Source: Candidatus Woesebacteria bacterium (GTDB lineage: Bacteria > Patescibacteriota > Microgenomatia > UBA10105 > UBA927). From it: DNA of 64,000 bases. This document shows, piece after piece, positions 11,701 through 23,376 of this stretch. Made by a program: the position numbers and the translations under genes. Under the pieces are notes generated by a model. That model ran no database searches. It was not told the DNA's origin and saw nothing but the letters and a program-made list of their open reading frames with translations. Location: contig JBGALL010000002.1 in NCBI GenBank assembly GCA_044223895.1, positions 704 to 64,703 of the forward strand, in the 5' to 3' direction. Positions within the stretch are counted from its first letter, which is position 1. Each line of letters starts with the position of its first letter.

Positions 11701-12090
11701 CTATTTGAGCCTTTCTAATACTCCGCGGCGCTTAACAATATTCTTGTAATCCCACTGAATCTCTGTAGATTTTTGTAACCAGCGGTGTAATTCTGTGATA
11801 TTGATTTGATCAGTCTGGGTATATCGCTTCTGAGCTGCTTTGAAGGTGCCTTCTTTTTCGAGTCCTTCTTCATCAAACGATTGACCACTCCAAAATAATA
11901 ATTGAATATCATTCTTTCTCTTGGCAAAACCAACAATGGGATTTCCTTCGAGAAACCAAACTGGATGACCATGCCATAGCTTACTCTCTTTTTCTGGCAA
12001 GATAGTGTTAATTTCTTTACAGAGCAGATCACAAATGTCCTTGTCGCTACCTGTTAATTTTTTGTTATAGAGTTCGATATCTGTATTCAT
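11701..12090 (-). CDS. DUF1801 (YdhG-like) protein
   Basis: KLWHGHPVWFLEGNPIVG...LLFWSGQSF pattern. Confidence 0.85.
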   Translation of the reverse strand: MNTDIELYNKKLTGSDKDICDLLCKEINTILPEKESKLWHGHPVWFLEGNPIVGFAKRKNDIQLLFWSGQSFDEEGLEKEGTFKAAQKRYTQTDQINITELHRWLQKSTEIQWDYKNIVKRRGVLERLK

Positions 12091-12156
12091 AGAATGATTT
12101 TATCATGATAGTTGTGTCAGTTCCTTATTTTGAATTTTTTTTGCTACGATAGAACT

Positions 12157-12903
12157 ATGTTCATTGGATATACCAACTATCGTTTAATTCATACGTTTAA
12201 ACGAATTGCCGATAAAAAAGATATCCAGATAGCCTCCCGGGAATTATTACGATCTTTGGGAATTGATATAGATGTTAGAGGTTCATTCCTACATACTGGT
12301 CCTCAATTGATTATTGCCAATCATGTAACCCTGTTAGATATGTTTAAATTATTGGCGATAATTCCTCGAGATGATGTTTACCTCATTGCTTTTGTATTAA
12401 ATCGTATCTTAGGAAAAGAATTTAATAAATATTTGTTACCGGTATACCTGTCAGATAAGCCTAACAATAGCTTCTTAGAATGGTTGCGGGTTCAATATTG
12501 GATTCCTCGCCAGCGATATATCTCGCCGATTCATGCTCGTGATAGAAATCGACAAACGATCAGTAGAGCTGCCTCATTATTAAAAGATAATCATTCAGTT
12601 ATTATTTTTCCTAGTGGTTTCAATATTGTTAACAGTGACATCTGGCATGATGGGATAGGATATTTATTGCTTCAGCTGAACCATCGCAATATTCCAATTG
12701 TTCCCGTTAACCTAGGTGGAAATTCATTGAGTGATATTTTACGATATATAAATTTTGGTATATTTTCTCCACTATCATTCCATTCAACTACAACTATCAC
12801 TATTGGGCCAACATTTTATTCTGAAGATGTTCTCAAAGGTGAATTAACAGGTAAGATTATTACTTCAAGAGTACATGAAAAATATACTAATTGTTGGAAC
12901 TAA
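12157..12903 (+). CDS. Lysophospholipid / 1-acyl-glycerol-3-phosphate acyltransferase family protein
   Basis: IIANHVTLLD (HX4D) and IIFPSG blocks, IVPV; start at ATG 12157 after TACGAT. Confidence 0.8.
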   Translation: MFIGYTNYRLIHTFKRIADKKDIQIASRELLRSLGIDIDVRGSFLHTGPQLIIANHVTLLDMFKLLAIIPRDDVYLIAFVLNRILGKEFNKYLLPVYLSDKPNNSFLEWLRVQYWIPRQRYISPIHARDRNRQTISRAASLLKDNHSVIIFPSGFNIVNSDIWHDGIGYLLLQLNHRNIPIVPVNLGGNSLSDILRYINFGIFSPLSFHSTTTITIGPTFYSEDVLKGELTGKIITSRVHEKYTNCWN

Positions 12904-13065
12904 TAATCATCAAATTATGATTGCTCTTAAGGTATGCCAGTGTCCAAGAAACGATAGGTCAACTCCTAATTTCTTTGTTTACTTTTGACCGCGATGTAGA
13001 AGCTTTCGCTTAAATATTGAGTTGCACAGTGAGAGTTGTCTATAGAACTGGTATAATCCCCTAAC

Positions 13066-16000
13066 TTGCCCGTCAGAACAATCCAGCAAGCAAAGAACGA
13101 CTCACCAAATCGCCAGAGGTCAATAATTTTTGGGACACTGGAAAAAGTGAAGAAAAACTTCGCGAAGAACTAGCTGAATTACTTCCAGAAACACGTAGAT
13201 TTATCCATGAGGTGTACGATATATACCCCCAAGAAAGTCCGGAGAGTCGTGAATTAACTCGTATTGCTCGTGACGGGAGAAACGGTTTAGGGTTGGAACC
13301 ATCCGCAGGTCCAAATCCGAGTAGATATTATTTAGTAAGTAGTCAAGAAGAATTTGCTTTCGCGCTGGGTGATGAAGTCTACGTTTCTACTTCAGTGATC
13401 AACAAAGTGAAAGATGAAGACACTATAGCTTCCTATCCTGCACATGAAATAGAACATGTAAATCAACAACATCTTTTTAAGAAGAAAGCGCTAGAAAAAA
13501 AAGTAGAAAGTCTGAAAAAAGCAATGGCTTCGATCTCACTAGGTAGAATTTATGAGTATGAAGCAGATTCTACCTCTCCGTTTAAGTTACAAAAAGGTGG
13601 CTATGATCCTAGTGCTTATCGCGACGCCTTAGATATTTTCCTATCCGATGAAGATGATACCGGCCGTTCACGCGGTATCGATGTCGATCATGGTACGTTA
13701 TACGATCGCTTAAGTATTCAATACTGGATTTTGCGATCAGAAGATTTTGAAGAAACCTCCCAAGAACGAACTCCTAAACCAGCCATTCTAGAAAATTTAC
13801 CAGAAGCCAAGAATAGATTTGAAATAATTAGAGAAGCTCTAGAACATGGTGATCAAACAAAGGCGAACGAAGTTGTACAAGAACTTTCACTCGAGAGCTT
13901 ATTTCGATTTTATTCTCATGCAGATAACCTAGTTATCTGGAAAGAACAAACAAAAGAAAAAAAACAAAAGAGAGAAAAGAAACGGTCTGAACGTTTAAGT
14001 TATGAAGAGGAAGAAGAATCCACAACCCCTCCAGTTAATTTAGAAAAACAATTAACGATTTTAGAATTTTTCTACAATCAGCTTGAAGAGCGTATCACTA
14101 CTGCTTTTCCAACACTGACGGAGCGTCAGCAGAGTTGGGCTGTATTATCTATTCTCGGTCAGAAAACTCAAAATGGATTGTTTGCCTTTGAGTACGCTGA
14201 TGAACGTTTACGAACCTATGGATTAGATAGTTGGATTCCTCGGGTGAGTACCACCGCTCGGTTCAAGGAAACAATACAATCTCCTGAAGATCTCTTAGAA
14301 TTTGCTTCGTACATTGGAAATTTCCGACATGATGCTGATAGGTTTATGAAGAACGGAAAAAATATTCATCGCCAGTTATGGAGCACATTTGTTGAACAGC
14401 ATGGAAATTCTCTCGGTACTGTCCTGGGATGGTTTGAAAATACCTCTTTTTACAACTCTGACGGATCTAAAAACTTTACTGAAATTGCTTCATTCCTTGA
14501 ACAAATGCGTTTGAATTTAAGTGAAAATGATAATTCACTGTGGGACATAGAAGGAATCTTATCAGAACTGGTTGAACGAGAAAATTCTCATGATTTGTAT
14601 AATTTCATGGAAGAATTAAAGAAACAATATGGGGATGAATTTGAAGAACATACCTTAGAAATACAACAAAAACATGAAGCTGATATTTTTCCTAAAATAT
14701 TACAGCGATATATACTCTTTCAACAATTGGCAGAACAATATGACAGAAGTACAGACACTTTTGGACGCAAGTTTAATAGTGATATTTATAAAGTACGGCA
14801 AGATTTGAATCACGCACTTCAACACTATTATGCCTTTGCTAACGATGATTTTTTTGAACAGAGAAATAAATACTACATGGTTCTGTATCTAGAACAAATG
14901 CTTCCCGATGAATATGCCCTCTATCAAGGGTTTGAATCAGAGGCTATCGAATCTGCAATAACTACCTATTTAGAAAATCATGAATTAAAAGAATTGATAC
15001 GTGTATTTGGAGCCTGTCCATTTTTACTCACTGACGAAGAAACAGGACGAAAAGTATACACCCTTATTAATCAATATATTATTGATTCAATTACTAACGG
15101 CAACGTTGATGATGAGTATAAATTTAAAATGTTAGTCAGTGATGCTGATTCACTAGTCTTTGATTTTTTGAATATACAGATAACTGAAGAAGAATCGAGC
15201 GAGTATGATCATGTTATACGGTACAGTAATGGTGAAGTCTATGGATTCTCAAATTACGAGTTACAAATCTTGTATCAACTTGATGTGCTCGATTACTTTT
15301 GTAAAGGACTTGGTGAAGAGTTAACGTTGAAACAATTTCGAGAAATACTCGATGATCTTGATCTCTCAAGAATTTCAGAAAAATCCCGAATAATGTTGTT
15401 GGGAGGGGTAACGAAAAGTTTAACCGATCTTAAACAACGTTTTTCGCACCGAGGAGATGATGAAGACGAAGATGAACACGTTGATGGAGGGACTAATTGG
15501 TCAGAAATTTATAAACATCCTACCCTTCTTGCACTGCGAGATTTCTTTGGCTTGAGATTTGAAACACAAGCAATACAACCAGCAGATGAATGTGAAGCTA
15601 TTCAAAAATTTTCTGAGTTATTGGGTGGGAGAGGATTTAGAAAAGCTTCCTTAATGGGTAAAAATTCAGACCATGCATACATACTCGCTCCTTTGGTAGA
15701 ACGAGTTATGGATAAAATCAAAAACTATACATTTAATCCAGAATCTGTCGATGATTTATTTTTGATTCGTTCGATAACTCCCTATTTTGAAGATGAAAGC
15801 GTGAATACTATCTTACGAAATCAATTAGAGTATCAAATTGTCCAGCGTTTAAACTTTGAGGAATCGTTAGCATTTATGGAAATGTTGCTAGATGAGCGAA
15901 AACTAAATTTTGCGGTTTTTGATTACGTCCAAGAATACCCTCTCAAAACTCCCCAACAGTTGGAAGCTTTCGAAGCGATGTGGCAACGAGTGAGGAAAAA

Positions 16001-18109
16001 ACTAACCAATGAAGGCGATGAATCTGCAGGTGTTGCCGCTGTGTTTGATGCAGGGGTTTGAAAATTTTATGTCGCGTCACACAATCGAATTATTTGAAGC
16101 CGCTCTTACCTCAGGTTTGGATGACACTAAACTACGAACCTTTTTAGCGAAGCGCTGGTTTTCCTTTCGTCGACCCTCAACCATTAGATATGGATTTATA
16201 TAGTTTAGCCAGAGAGCGACCATATCGGGTAATCTTGGTACAAGATGGAGACGCTTCTCACTTTGAGTTAACAGGGACAAATGTTCAACAGTTTATTCCC
16301 TTTGAAGAATTTATGGATAGAGTGTATTCCTCCTTAACTCAAAGTGAAATAGATTTTATGTTGCGAAAAATGTTGTATACCGATGAGGGCGTACTCATAA
16401 CTCAGAAAGGGAGAAAGATTCTACATAAACTATTTATGGAAGCTGCTGTTGATCAGGGCAATAATCCTGCAATGACTGATTTTCTTAATGATGTTGTCCA
16501 AGTATTGTTGTCCATAGATACAAAAAAAAGAAGTGAGATGGTTATTTCAGATGTTAGTTTAGGAGAACCAATTATGGGTGTACTTCGCAAAAAATTATTT
16601 ATAAAACCAGAAAAAGCTGGTAGTAATTTAGTGGGTGCATCAAGGATTGCTGATGAGTATGAGGGATCTCGCTTAGGAATTGGCAGATTTGCGAGAGCAG
16701 GTATGTCGTCTGCTCCTCGTACCAAGGAACAGCTGGCAACTTATGAAGCCCTAGAGAATAAATTAAACGCCCAGCGGGGTTTGCCAGAAATGACGGCAGA
16801 ACAAACTTTGGATTTATTGTCATTCAACCCTCAAAAGGATGATACACAAGCAGAGATAAATGCCCATCTCGCTACCAAAATTCAGTCAGCGAAAGATCAG
16901 GTGTTATCGTTTATAGATAGGCCAGAACGTGAAGTTCTATCACAGCCAATTACTCCAATCCAGGCGCTTATACTGATCGCCAATAGTAAACAAACCTTAG
17001 GAGAACGATTTAAACAATTGGTTGGATATTATATGGACCTCTCCCCTCTCTCCCCAGATGAACGACAAGAAATTTACAAATCATATGCCAAAGTAAAAGG
17101 CCAGTTGAAATACACAGCGTTTCGAACATTAAAGAGAGAAGCTTTAAAGGTTGATGCGAAATCAGAACTTCGTAACTTTTGGGATAATTTGGAAGAATTA
17201 GAAAGTACTGGTCATGGTGGTTCTCTGACCACTGTCTTCAAAGCCCACTTAAAAGGTGGAACTGTTAAAGCAGTAAAAATTATGGTTCCTAATGCACGAA
17301 TGTTTATCCGTGAGACAAAAGCTCAGACAACGGAATTTATTAAACGATTGCGAGCTAAACCAAAGCACCGAAATAATTTGCAACTAAAAATTGCAGAAGC
17401 GCTCGTTGAAGACATTGCCTTGTGGGCAGAAGAAGATATTGACGCTGTTAATTATGAAGAACAAGAACGCCAATTTGCTAAACTCCATCAAGGAACCACA
17501 ATAGTAAATGATAAGAGTATTGAAATTACTATCCCTGAGATGACTCCGACTGGAAGTATGTATATAAAAATTGAAGACTGGGCAGAAGGAGAACCTTTTA
17601 TCGATACCATTCATAAAGATACCGATCTTGCAGCCAGAGTGGGTGAGTTAATTAAAGAACATTATCAACAGCAGCAACAAATTCCTGTATCATCAGGTTC
17701 TTACCAAGTACATCCCGATGTGCATGGCGGACAGTTTCATATTGTTTCAGATGATCACGGTCAAAAAACCTATGTATATGTATTAGATCGAGGGTTTTGG
17801 TTGGAATTTAGTGAACAAGAGTCAACCTTTTTCAATTTTATAAAGGGTGAGGAATTTTCTTCAGAAAAGGCAGCAGAATTTCTCCAGTATTTATTCAAAC
17901 TACCTGAAAATAGTGCCTTTACTAAACCCAAAAGAATGGCGATAATCGGACAAATCACTCTCGCTGGTGGAAATGCAATTCGTCTGGGATCTTCTGCTTC
18001 GGAAACTGCGGTAATCATGATGTTGGAATTACGCAAAGCCGGAGTAAAAATTCCTCTCAAGTGGTCGCTGTTTCAAAAAAATAATCGTTACCTAAAAACT
18101 CTTAACTAA
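13066..18109 (+). pseudogene. Giant M48 metallopeptidase - ABC1/AarF kinase fusion, interrupted by apparent frameshifts (ORF pieces 13212-16061, 16009-16203, 16190-18109)
   Basis: N-terminal AHEIEHV...EYEAD...GYDP (M48); C-terminal GGSLTTVFKA..KAVKIMVP, HPDVHGGQF, VLDRG (ABC1-type kinase); removing one G at 16053-16056 and one T at 16159-16162 joins the pieces in frame. Confidence 0.7.
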
Positions 18110-18114
18110 GAAAG

Positions 18115-18666
18115 TTACTCTGCAGGAGTTTTGAGAACCCAGTTGTGAGAAACCAATGGTTCACTACACATATTTCGATTGAAGCAACACGGTCGACGCA
18201 TCCCTTTATTCAATTTATCCAAGGCTACAACAATATGTTTTTCGCGGGTTTCTTCGGTCTTTACTGCGCGTATCCAGCGAATCCAGTCCCAGCGGGCACT
18301 AGTAGTAATATCATTCCAAAGAGCTTCGGCTTGGGGAGATTTTTTGAGTGCTTTTTGGAGATCTGAGGGAACGTCTGGTTCAACCCATTCTTTGGTGGGT
18401 TCTAGAGATACCTGCACAGTCTCCCCTGTTTTGGCTGAAGCTTTTTCTAGTAATTGTTTACTCACTCGAAACCAGTGACTAGGTTTTTGTCCTGGTCCAT
18501 ATCTTCCATCTGGCTCGAGTAAGGTTTTAAAGGGAACATCATTCAGTGTCCCAGCAACCATAGTCATTCCTCGGGTAGGAAGTTTGGCAGAGGCTTCTTC
18601 TGGAAGTCTGAGTATAGTCCAGGAATTGATTTCAAATAATTTTGTTTTAAAGGTAATTGGTGTCAT
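18115..18666 (-). CDS. DUF1905 + YdeI/OmpD-associated family protein
   Basis: LPTRGMTMVAGTLN...HW and VPSDLQKAL...ARWDWIRWIRAVKTEETR...RPCC. Confidence 0.85.
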   Translation of the reverse strand: MTPITFKTKLFEINSWTILRLPEEASAKLPTRGMTMVAGTLNDVPFKTLLEPDGRYGPGQKPSHWFRVSKQLLEKASAKTGETVQVSLEPTKEWVEPDVPSDLQKALKKSPQAEALWNDITTSARWDWIRWIRAVKTEETREKHIVVALDKLNKGMRRPCCFNRNMCSEPLVSHNWVLKTPAE

Positions 18667-18773
18667 TCGAGACTATTATATCAAACTGCACTATGCTTGT
18701 TTTTTTTGATAAAAAGACCTATAATATTAAGTTCACCGATACTAATTTCTGATTATCTTTAGGAGGATATCAA

Positions 18774-19157
18774 ATGAAACAGGTGAAACGGATAGGTTTT
18801 TTCCATTCGATGTTGATTATGCATTTGTATGTCTACGTCATGGAGTATCCCCTATCAAAAGCGATGCAAGTCAGCGGCCTTCTGAAGGCAATAGATGATT
18901 TGTATCCGAGACCAGAATTCTGGGTAGCATTTCTGATCTCTCGTTTGATTTTTATCAGTATCATCGGTGGGACAGGCGTTTTGCTATGGGAGGTAGCTGA
19001 AAAGAATAATATATTGAGTATAGGGCGGATTAACATTGCGAAATGGCAAGCCATTTTCATAATAATCATGATGACACTTTTCTGGGCAATTCCCGGAGTT
19101 GAAATTATGATCCGCTACTACACCAATACATCGTTTCCCTCACTATTTCCCTTCTAG
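18774..19157 (+). CDS. Hypothetical membrane protein
   Basis: AGGAGG RBS, three hydrophobic segments, followed by a terminator. Confidence 0.65.
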   Translation: MKQVKRIGFFHSMLIMHLYVYVMEYPLSKAMQVSGLLKAIDDLYPRPEFWVAFLISRLIFISIIGGTGVLLWEVAEKNNILSIGRINIAKWQAIFIIIMMTLFWAIPGVEIMIRYYTNTSFPSLFPF

Positions 19158-19183
19158 CAATTTTCACTTCCGATCGTTGAGGC

Positions 19184-19223
19184 GTGCCTCGTTTTATACC
19201 CAGTAAGACGAGGCACATTTTTT
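19184..19223 (+). terminator. Rho-independent terminator
   Basis: GTGCCTCGTTTTA / TAAGACGAGGCAC stem followed by a T6 tract. Confidence 0.75.
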
Positions 19224-19302
19224 GTATATTATAGAGATCAGTAGCAAAGATACTAGGATATTAGACTTCATGAAACACTTGAGATTCATAGTCAAAGAAG
19301 GG

Positions 19303-19704
19303 TTATAATTTCGTACTACTCAAGTAATAACTATTCCACATGTGTCCATCGATATCTGTGAAGGCTGTTCCATAGATTGTGCCATAATCGGTCGGTGGAT
19401 TTACGCTCTTACCACCCGCTGCTATCGCCTTGGCATAGATTGTATCGACTGCTGATTTTGAATCAACTCCAACAGAAAGAAGTATTTCATTGGTGGTACT
19501 GGTATCAACCAGAACTTGATTGTTAATTGCTGATTTGAAGTGTTCATTAGGCAATAAAGCTACGATAGTTGAAGGAGTGATAGTAAAACAGAGAGCATTC
19601 TCGTCAGTTAATTCCTTATTGAAGCTAAATCCTATTGCTTCAAAAAATTCTTTTGATTTCTCTTGGTCAGCAACTGGGAGATTAAGAATCATTTGGGTAA
19701 ACAT
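19303..19704 (-). CDS. Glyoxalase/VOC family protein
   Basis: NLPVADQEKSKEFFEAIGF...AIAAGG...YGTAFTDIDGHMW. Confidence 0.88.
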   Translation of the reverse strand: MFTQMILNLPVADQEKSKEFFEAIGFSFNKELTDENALCFTITPSTIVALLPNEHFKSAINNQVLVDTSTTNEILLSVGVDSKSAVDTIYAKAIAAGGKSVNPPTDYGTIYGTAFTDIDGHMWNSYYLSSTKL

Positions 19705-19801
19705 ATGCCGGTAGTATCTCAGAAAAATGGTCCGATACTCAAGTGATTTCTTACATACTGTTTATACATTTTATATAAACTTTTACTTATAATATTTTTA
19801 T

Positions 19802-20077
19802 ATGGATCTGCAAACTATGCAATTTATTTACTATTTTATGGGAAGTCTTTTTTTTGGAACCATGATAATCGCCCTGATCGCTACGGCAATAGGATTATAT
19901 TTTGTTAAAAAAAGGATGAATCTTATTTCCACTGAGGTGAATCAAAAACTAGGGACGGTAACCAATATCTTTCATCATAAACAAGCCTTTTTGCTGCGAC
20001 TTGTCACCAGAGGAACTAGTTCATTATTAGGCAATCTCCTCAATAAAAAACACTCTTCCGAAGAGAACAGGCTTTAA
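19802..20077 (+). CDS. Small single-TM protein
   Basis: N-terminal TM helix; TATAAT 8 nt upstream. Confidence 0.6.
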   Translation: MDLQTMQFIYYFMGSLFFGTMIIALIATAIGLYFVKKRMNLISTEVNQKLGTVTNIFHHKQAFLLRLVTRGTSSLLGNLLNKKHSSEENRL

Positions 20078-20239
20078 TCATTAGCCTCAAAAAAGGCCCA
20101 TAGATATACGACTCCTTCCTAAAGTAGTATAATATAGGCTATTCTTGATCTGGGATATTGAGAATTTAAAGTTTTTCGCAGCCTTAACATCTACATGTGA
20201 AACCCTCACATTTCTACCTATAAAAGGAACCAAAAACCG

Positions 20240-20500
20240 ATGCTACACCTATTGTTTGACCCGACCCGACCTGAGTATTTTCGCATTGCACTGATTATTG
20301 GAGTCGTCCTCTTACTCGCTGGGGCAGCCCTCTATCAGAAAATGCAAAACGATCAGACGGATGACCGTTACCGCGTCAGAGCATTACAAGAAGCACGTTT
20401 TACATTACTCGTTGGAGTTTGCGTTCTAATTTTCGGTTTGTATGGTGTCTTCGTTGCTTTGGTGATAGGATTTGCCCTATCGTTTGTACAAAACAAGTAG
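20240..20500 (+). CDS. Small 2-TM membrane protein
   Basis: AAAGGA RBS; two hydrophobic helices. Confidence 0.55.
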   Translation: MLHLLFDPTRPEYFRIALIIGVVLLLAGAALYQKMQNDQTDDRYRVRALQEARFTLLVGVCVLIFGLYGVFVALVIGFALSFVQNK

Positions 20501-20634
20501 ATGACCTATACCTACCACGGCACTATATTCATTCTGATTATGTTTATCCCGACATACCAGCTTGTTTCCCTAGTGCCTTATTTTTTTATCAGCTATACTT
20601 AATTAAGAATCACAATTGTTAGGAGATATCTCTC

Positions 20635-21627
20635 ATGCAATCATTCCATCCACACCTACCTTCGAAAAAAAGAACAATTTTCATGTTGGTTCTTGCCTTA
20701 TTGGTGTTATTTGGTGGAAGTTACTTAGCAGCGGTGAAGATTCGGACCCAGATGAATAAACATAATATAGAAATAGTCCAAAAAGAAACCGCCGTTGCCG
20801 ATGTACAACCAAATACTTCCACAGGGGGTTCGTTTGGGAATATACCCAATGAGTCAGCGACACCAACCCTAGATATAACTCTAACACCTTCCCCCAGCCC
20901 TACACCTACTACTACCCCCAAACCGCCAACCCCAACTCCGATCAAAGATGATCTACAATTGACCAGGTTTTATATCCAAGGCCAATACAGTTCCCCGACT
21001 ACTACCACTGCAGATTCTCAGGGAAACCCTGAATCGTATACTTTTGAAGAACATATTGGTATCAATGCCTTCTATGTTGCAGATTCAATAAAGAATAATG
21101 GTCCCAATACTATTAAAAATATTAAACATCAGTTGTGGGTAAACGGAAAATTACAATCTGAAAAAATTATCGATCAATTATCGGCAAATGAGGAAAAAAA
21201 CTTGGTTGACTTTTATTTGCCCCAATCTCCCGCTACTTACTCACTGGAAATTAAAGTAAATCCAGATCATATCATTATCGAAAATAATTATGGAAATAAT
21301 ACTCTCTCTAGAAAGTTCATAGTCATCAACGATAAAACTGCACCAGAGATTCGAAGTATTGATGTCTATCGTGACCTACCCCATCAACAAAGTTGTCTAG
21401 TTTTCTCGGTGAGCGACAATGTATCCAGTCCCAATGAAATAAAATATCAAGAAAAATTAGATGGAGAAGAATTTCATGAAATAACCTGGGATCATTCCCA
21501 GGAAGCTGGCTATCAACGTTGCCTCTCAGGTCCTGTTGGTGAGCCTCATGTGTATACCTTAAAAGTTAGAGATAATAGAGGAAACGAGAATGAACGATCC
21601 TATGGGTTTCAATTGCTAGGGTTTTAG
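20635..21627 (+). CDS. Membrane-anchored surface protein with Pro/Thr linker, CARDB-like and Ig-like domains
   Basis: TM anchor, TPSPSPTPTTTP linker, IKNNG...VNG...VNPDHIIIENNYGNN CARDB pattern, DKTAP. Confidence 0.7.
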   Translation: MQSFHPHLPSKKRTIFMLVLALLVLFGGSYLAAVKIRTQMNKHNIEIVQKETAVADVQPNTSTGGSFGNIPNESATPTLDITLTPSPSPTPTTTPKPPTPTPIKDDLQLTRFYIQGQYSSPTTTTADSQGNPESYTFEEHIGINAFYVADSIKNNGPNTIKNIKHQLWVNGKLQSEKIIDQLSANEEKNLVDFYLPQSPATYSLEIKVNPDHIIIENNYGNNTLSRKFIVINDKTAPEIRSIDVYRDLPHQQSCLVFSVSDNVSSPNEIKYQEKLDGEEFHEITWDHSQEAGYQRCLSGPVGEPHVYTLKVRDNRGNENERSYGFQLLGF

Positions 21628-21811
21628 CCTTTTATTTATGCGGTTTGAATATATATATTTCTTTTTCCAGGAATAGAGCGTTCTAGGGGATTTTGAATTG
21701 CCTATTATCATCCACATATTTTATTTTTCGTATATTCACTTTAGGTTATATGCTTTCATCCTTCTCAAAAAAATAATAGTTTGTATCTTTTTTACTCGGA
21801 ATAATTAAATT

Positions 21812-23320
21812 TTAAAAACTTATAGGTGTAGAATATTGACCGTGGACGTTGTCTGGGGTTACACCTTTTAATCTATAGGAAACAGGAAATTTGGGTGGAA
21901 TGTCTGTAATATTTGGATTGATATCTTTTAAAGAAGAATTGATAACCTCCCATGAGGTTCCCTGATTACTACTTCTTTCGAGAATATATGTGGCCGATGT
22001 CGGACTACCTCTCCACGAAAGTACAACTTGTGTGCCGTTTTTTGTTCCCTGAAGGAGCGGTGAATTTGGGGGTGAATGAAGTATTACAGAACTATTTCTC
22101 ATGCGAAAAAAATGACCTCTTATCATCTGAGTGCGATTGATTTCATCTGCACTAATTCCGGGATAGTACATTGAATAGCCATCATTATGCATGACAAACC
22201 CTTTTGTATCATCATGACTAAATAATGACCAGAAAATTGCAATATTTGTTTTGCTTAGCTCAATGTTGTTGAGATAAGAACCAAGATCATCAGATTCGTT
22301 TCTTCCACCATTCCATTTATATTCACCTAAGATATATGCTTTACCACTAGAGCTCACATATTGTGATTCGTTGGTTAGTTCTGATTTAGTGCGGTAATGG
22401 TTTGAAAATATATCTACATTGGTAAGTTTTAAACTTTCTGAATCTACGCCGTAATGTCCATCTATAACGAGTTGTTGAGGAGCTATTGATTTAATATAGT
22501 CAGAAATTTCCTTGGTCCAAGGAGAAAAATGCATATCCCAGGAAAGTTCATTGCCTGTTTCCCAGGCCATTATTGTAGGATCATCTTTATATGCTTTCTG
22601 GGTAAATGAATTTACATGAGTAATGACTGAATAGATATATTTCTTATAGGCATCGATTACCGATCTGTTGGTATAAAATTGATTTTCGGGAACTCCATAC
22701 CATGAGCTAAAAACAGATTTTCCTCCATGAAAATATGCATAATTATCCGTTAAGGTAAGTATTAATCGGAGATTATTGTCTTTTGCTATTTTTACTGCAT
22801 AATCAAGCGACTGAAAGGCTTGTGGATTAATTTTATCTTTTGCGGGTTGTATACAGAGTGAGCAACCTACTGAATTTGCCCAGGTTCGTACTACATTCCC
22901 ACCCATTTCTTTGACTGTATATAGAGCATCATTGATACGAAATTGAGATGGATATACCAGTTGTCCATTCTGAGAATCTAGTTGGAGCCAAAAAATATTC
23001 GCTCCTACAAATCGAACTTGTTTCCCATTGATATACAAATCCGAACGTTCTCTCGTCACAAATGTACTCGTTACTGGTGTATCAGTTTTGCCATAATCTC
23101 GGAGCCAAATGACATAATCTTTTCCATCCACAAACCCATTTAAATCATAGTCACCAGAGCTTTGTGATTTCCCGTAACCATTGAGCCACATAGTATAGTC
23201 TTTTCCATCGACTATATTATCTCTGTTGCCGTCGGCTGGGAGAAATGCATACACACGTTCAAAAGTATTGAACAAAAACAGAAAGGTCAGTACAAAAAAC
23301 AGTAGTTTACCCTTTTTCAT
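21812..23320 (-). CDS. Secreted GH5 beta-mannanase-like enzyme with N-terminal dockerin-like tag and C-terminal Fn3-like domain
   Basis: FVGANIFW, NVVRTWA, YKDDPTIMAWETGNEL, ILGEY (GH5_7-like); paired DGKDYxxW repeats after the signal peptide. Confidence 0.85.
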   Translation of the reverse strand: MKKGKLLFFVLTFLFLFNTFERVYAFLPADGNRDNIVDGKDYTMWLNGYGKSQSSGDYDLNGFVDGKDYVIWLRDYGKTDTPVTSTFVTRERSDLYINGKQVRFVGANIFWLQLDSQNGQLVYPSQFRINDALYTVKEMGGNVVRTWANSVGCSLCIQPAKDKINPQAFQSLDYAVKIAKDNNLRLILTLTDNYAYFHGGKSVFSSWYGVPENQFYTNRSVIDAYKKYIYSVITHVNSFTQKAYKDDPTIMAWETGNELSWDMHFSPWTKEISDYIKSIAPQQLVIDGHYGVDSESLKLTNVDIFSNHYRTKSELTNESQYVSSSGKAYILGEYKWNGGRNESDDLGSYLNNIELSKTNIAIFWSLFSHDDTKGFVMHNDGYSMYYPGISADEINRTQMIRGHFFRMRNSSVILHSPPNSPLLQGTKNGTQVVLSWRGSPTSATYILERSSNQGTSWEVINSSLKDINPNITDIPPKFPVSYRLKGVTPDNVHGQYSTPISF

Positions 23321-23376
23321 TGAATATCTATAACTATATCATTTTGGAAGAGTTCTTGGTGAAAGGTTTTATAAGT

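Noticed and set aside
16053-16203. TGA readthrough (genetic code 25) explaining the split giant gene
   Set aside because: The continuation is in a different frame, and TGA ends many intact genes in the window
20880-20945. Low-complexity C/A-rich repeat
   Set aside because: Encodes an ordinary Pro/Thr linker
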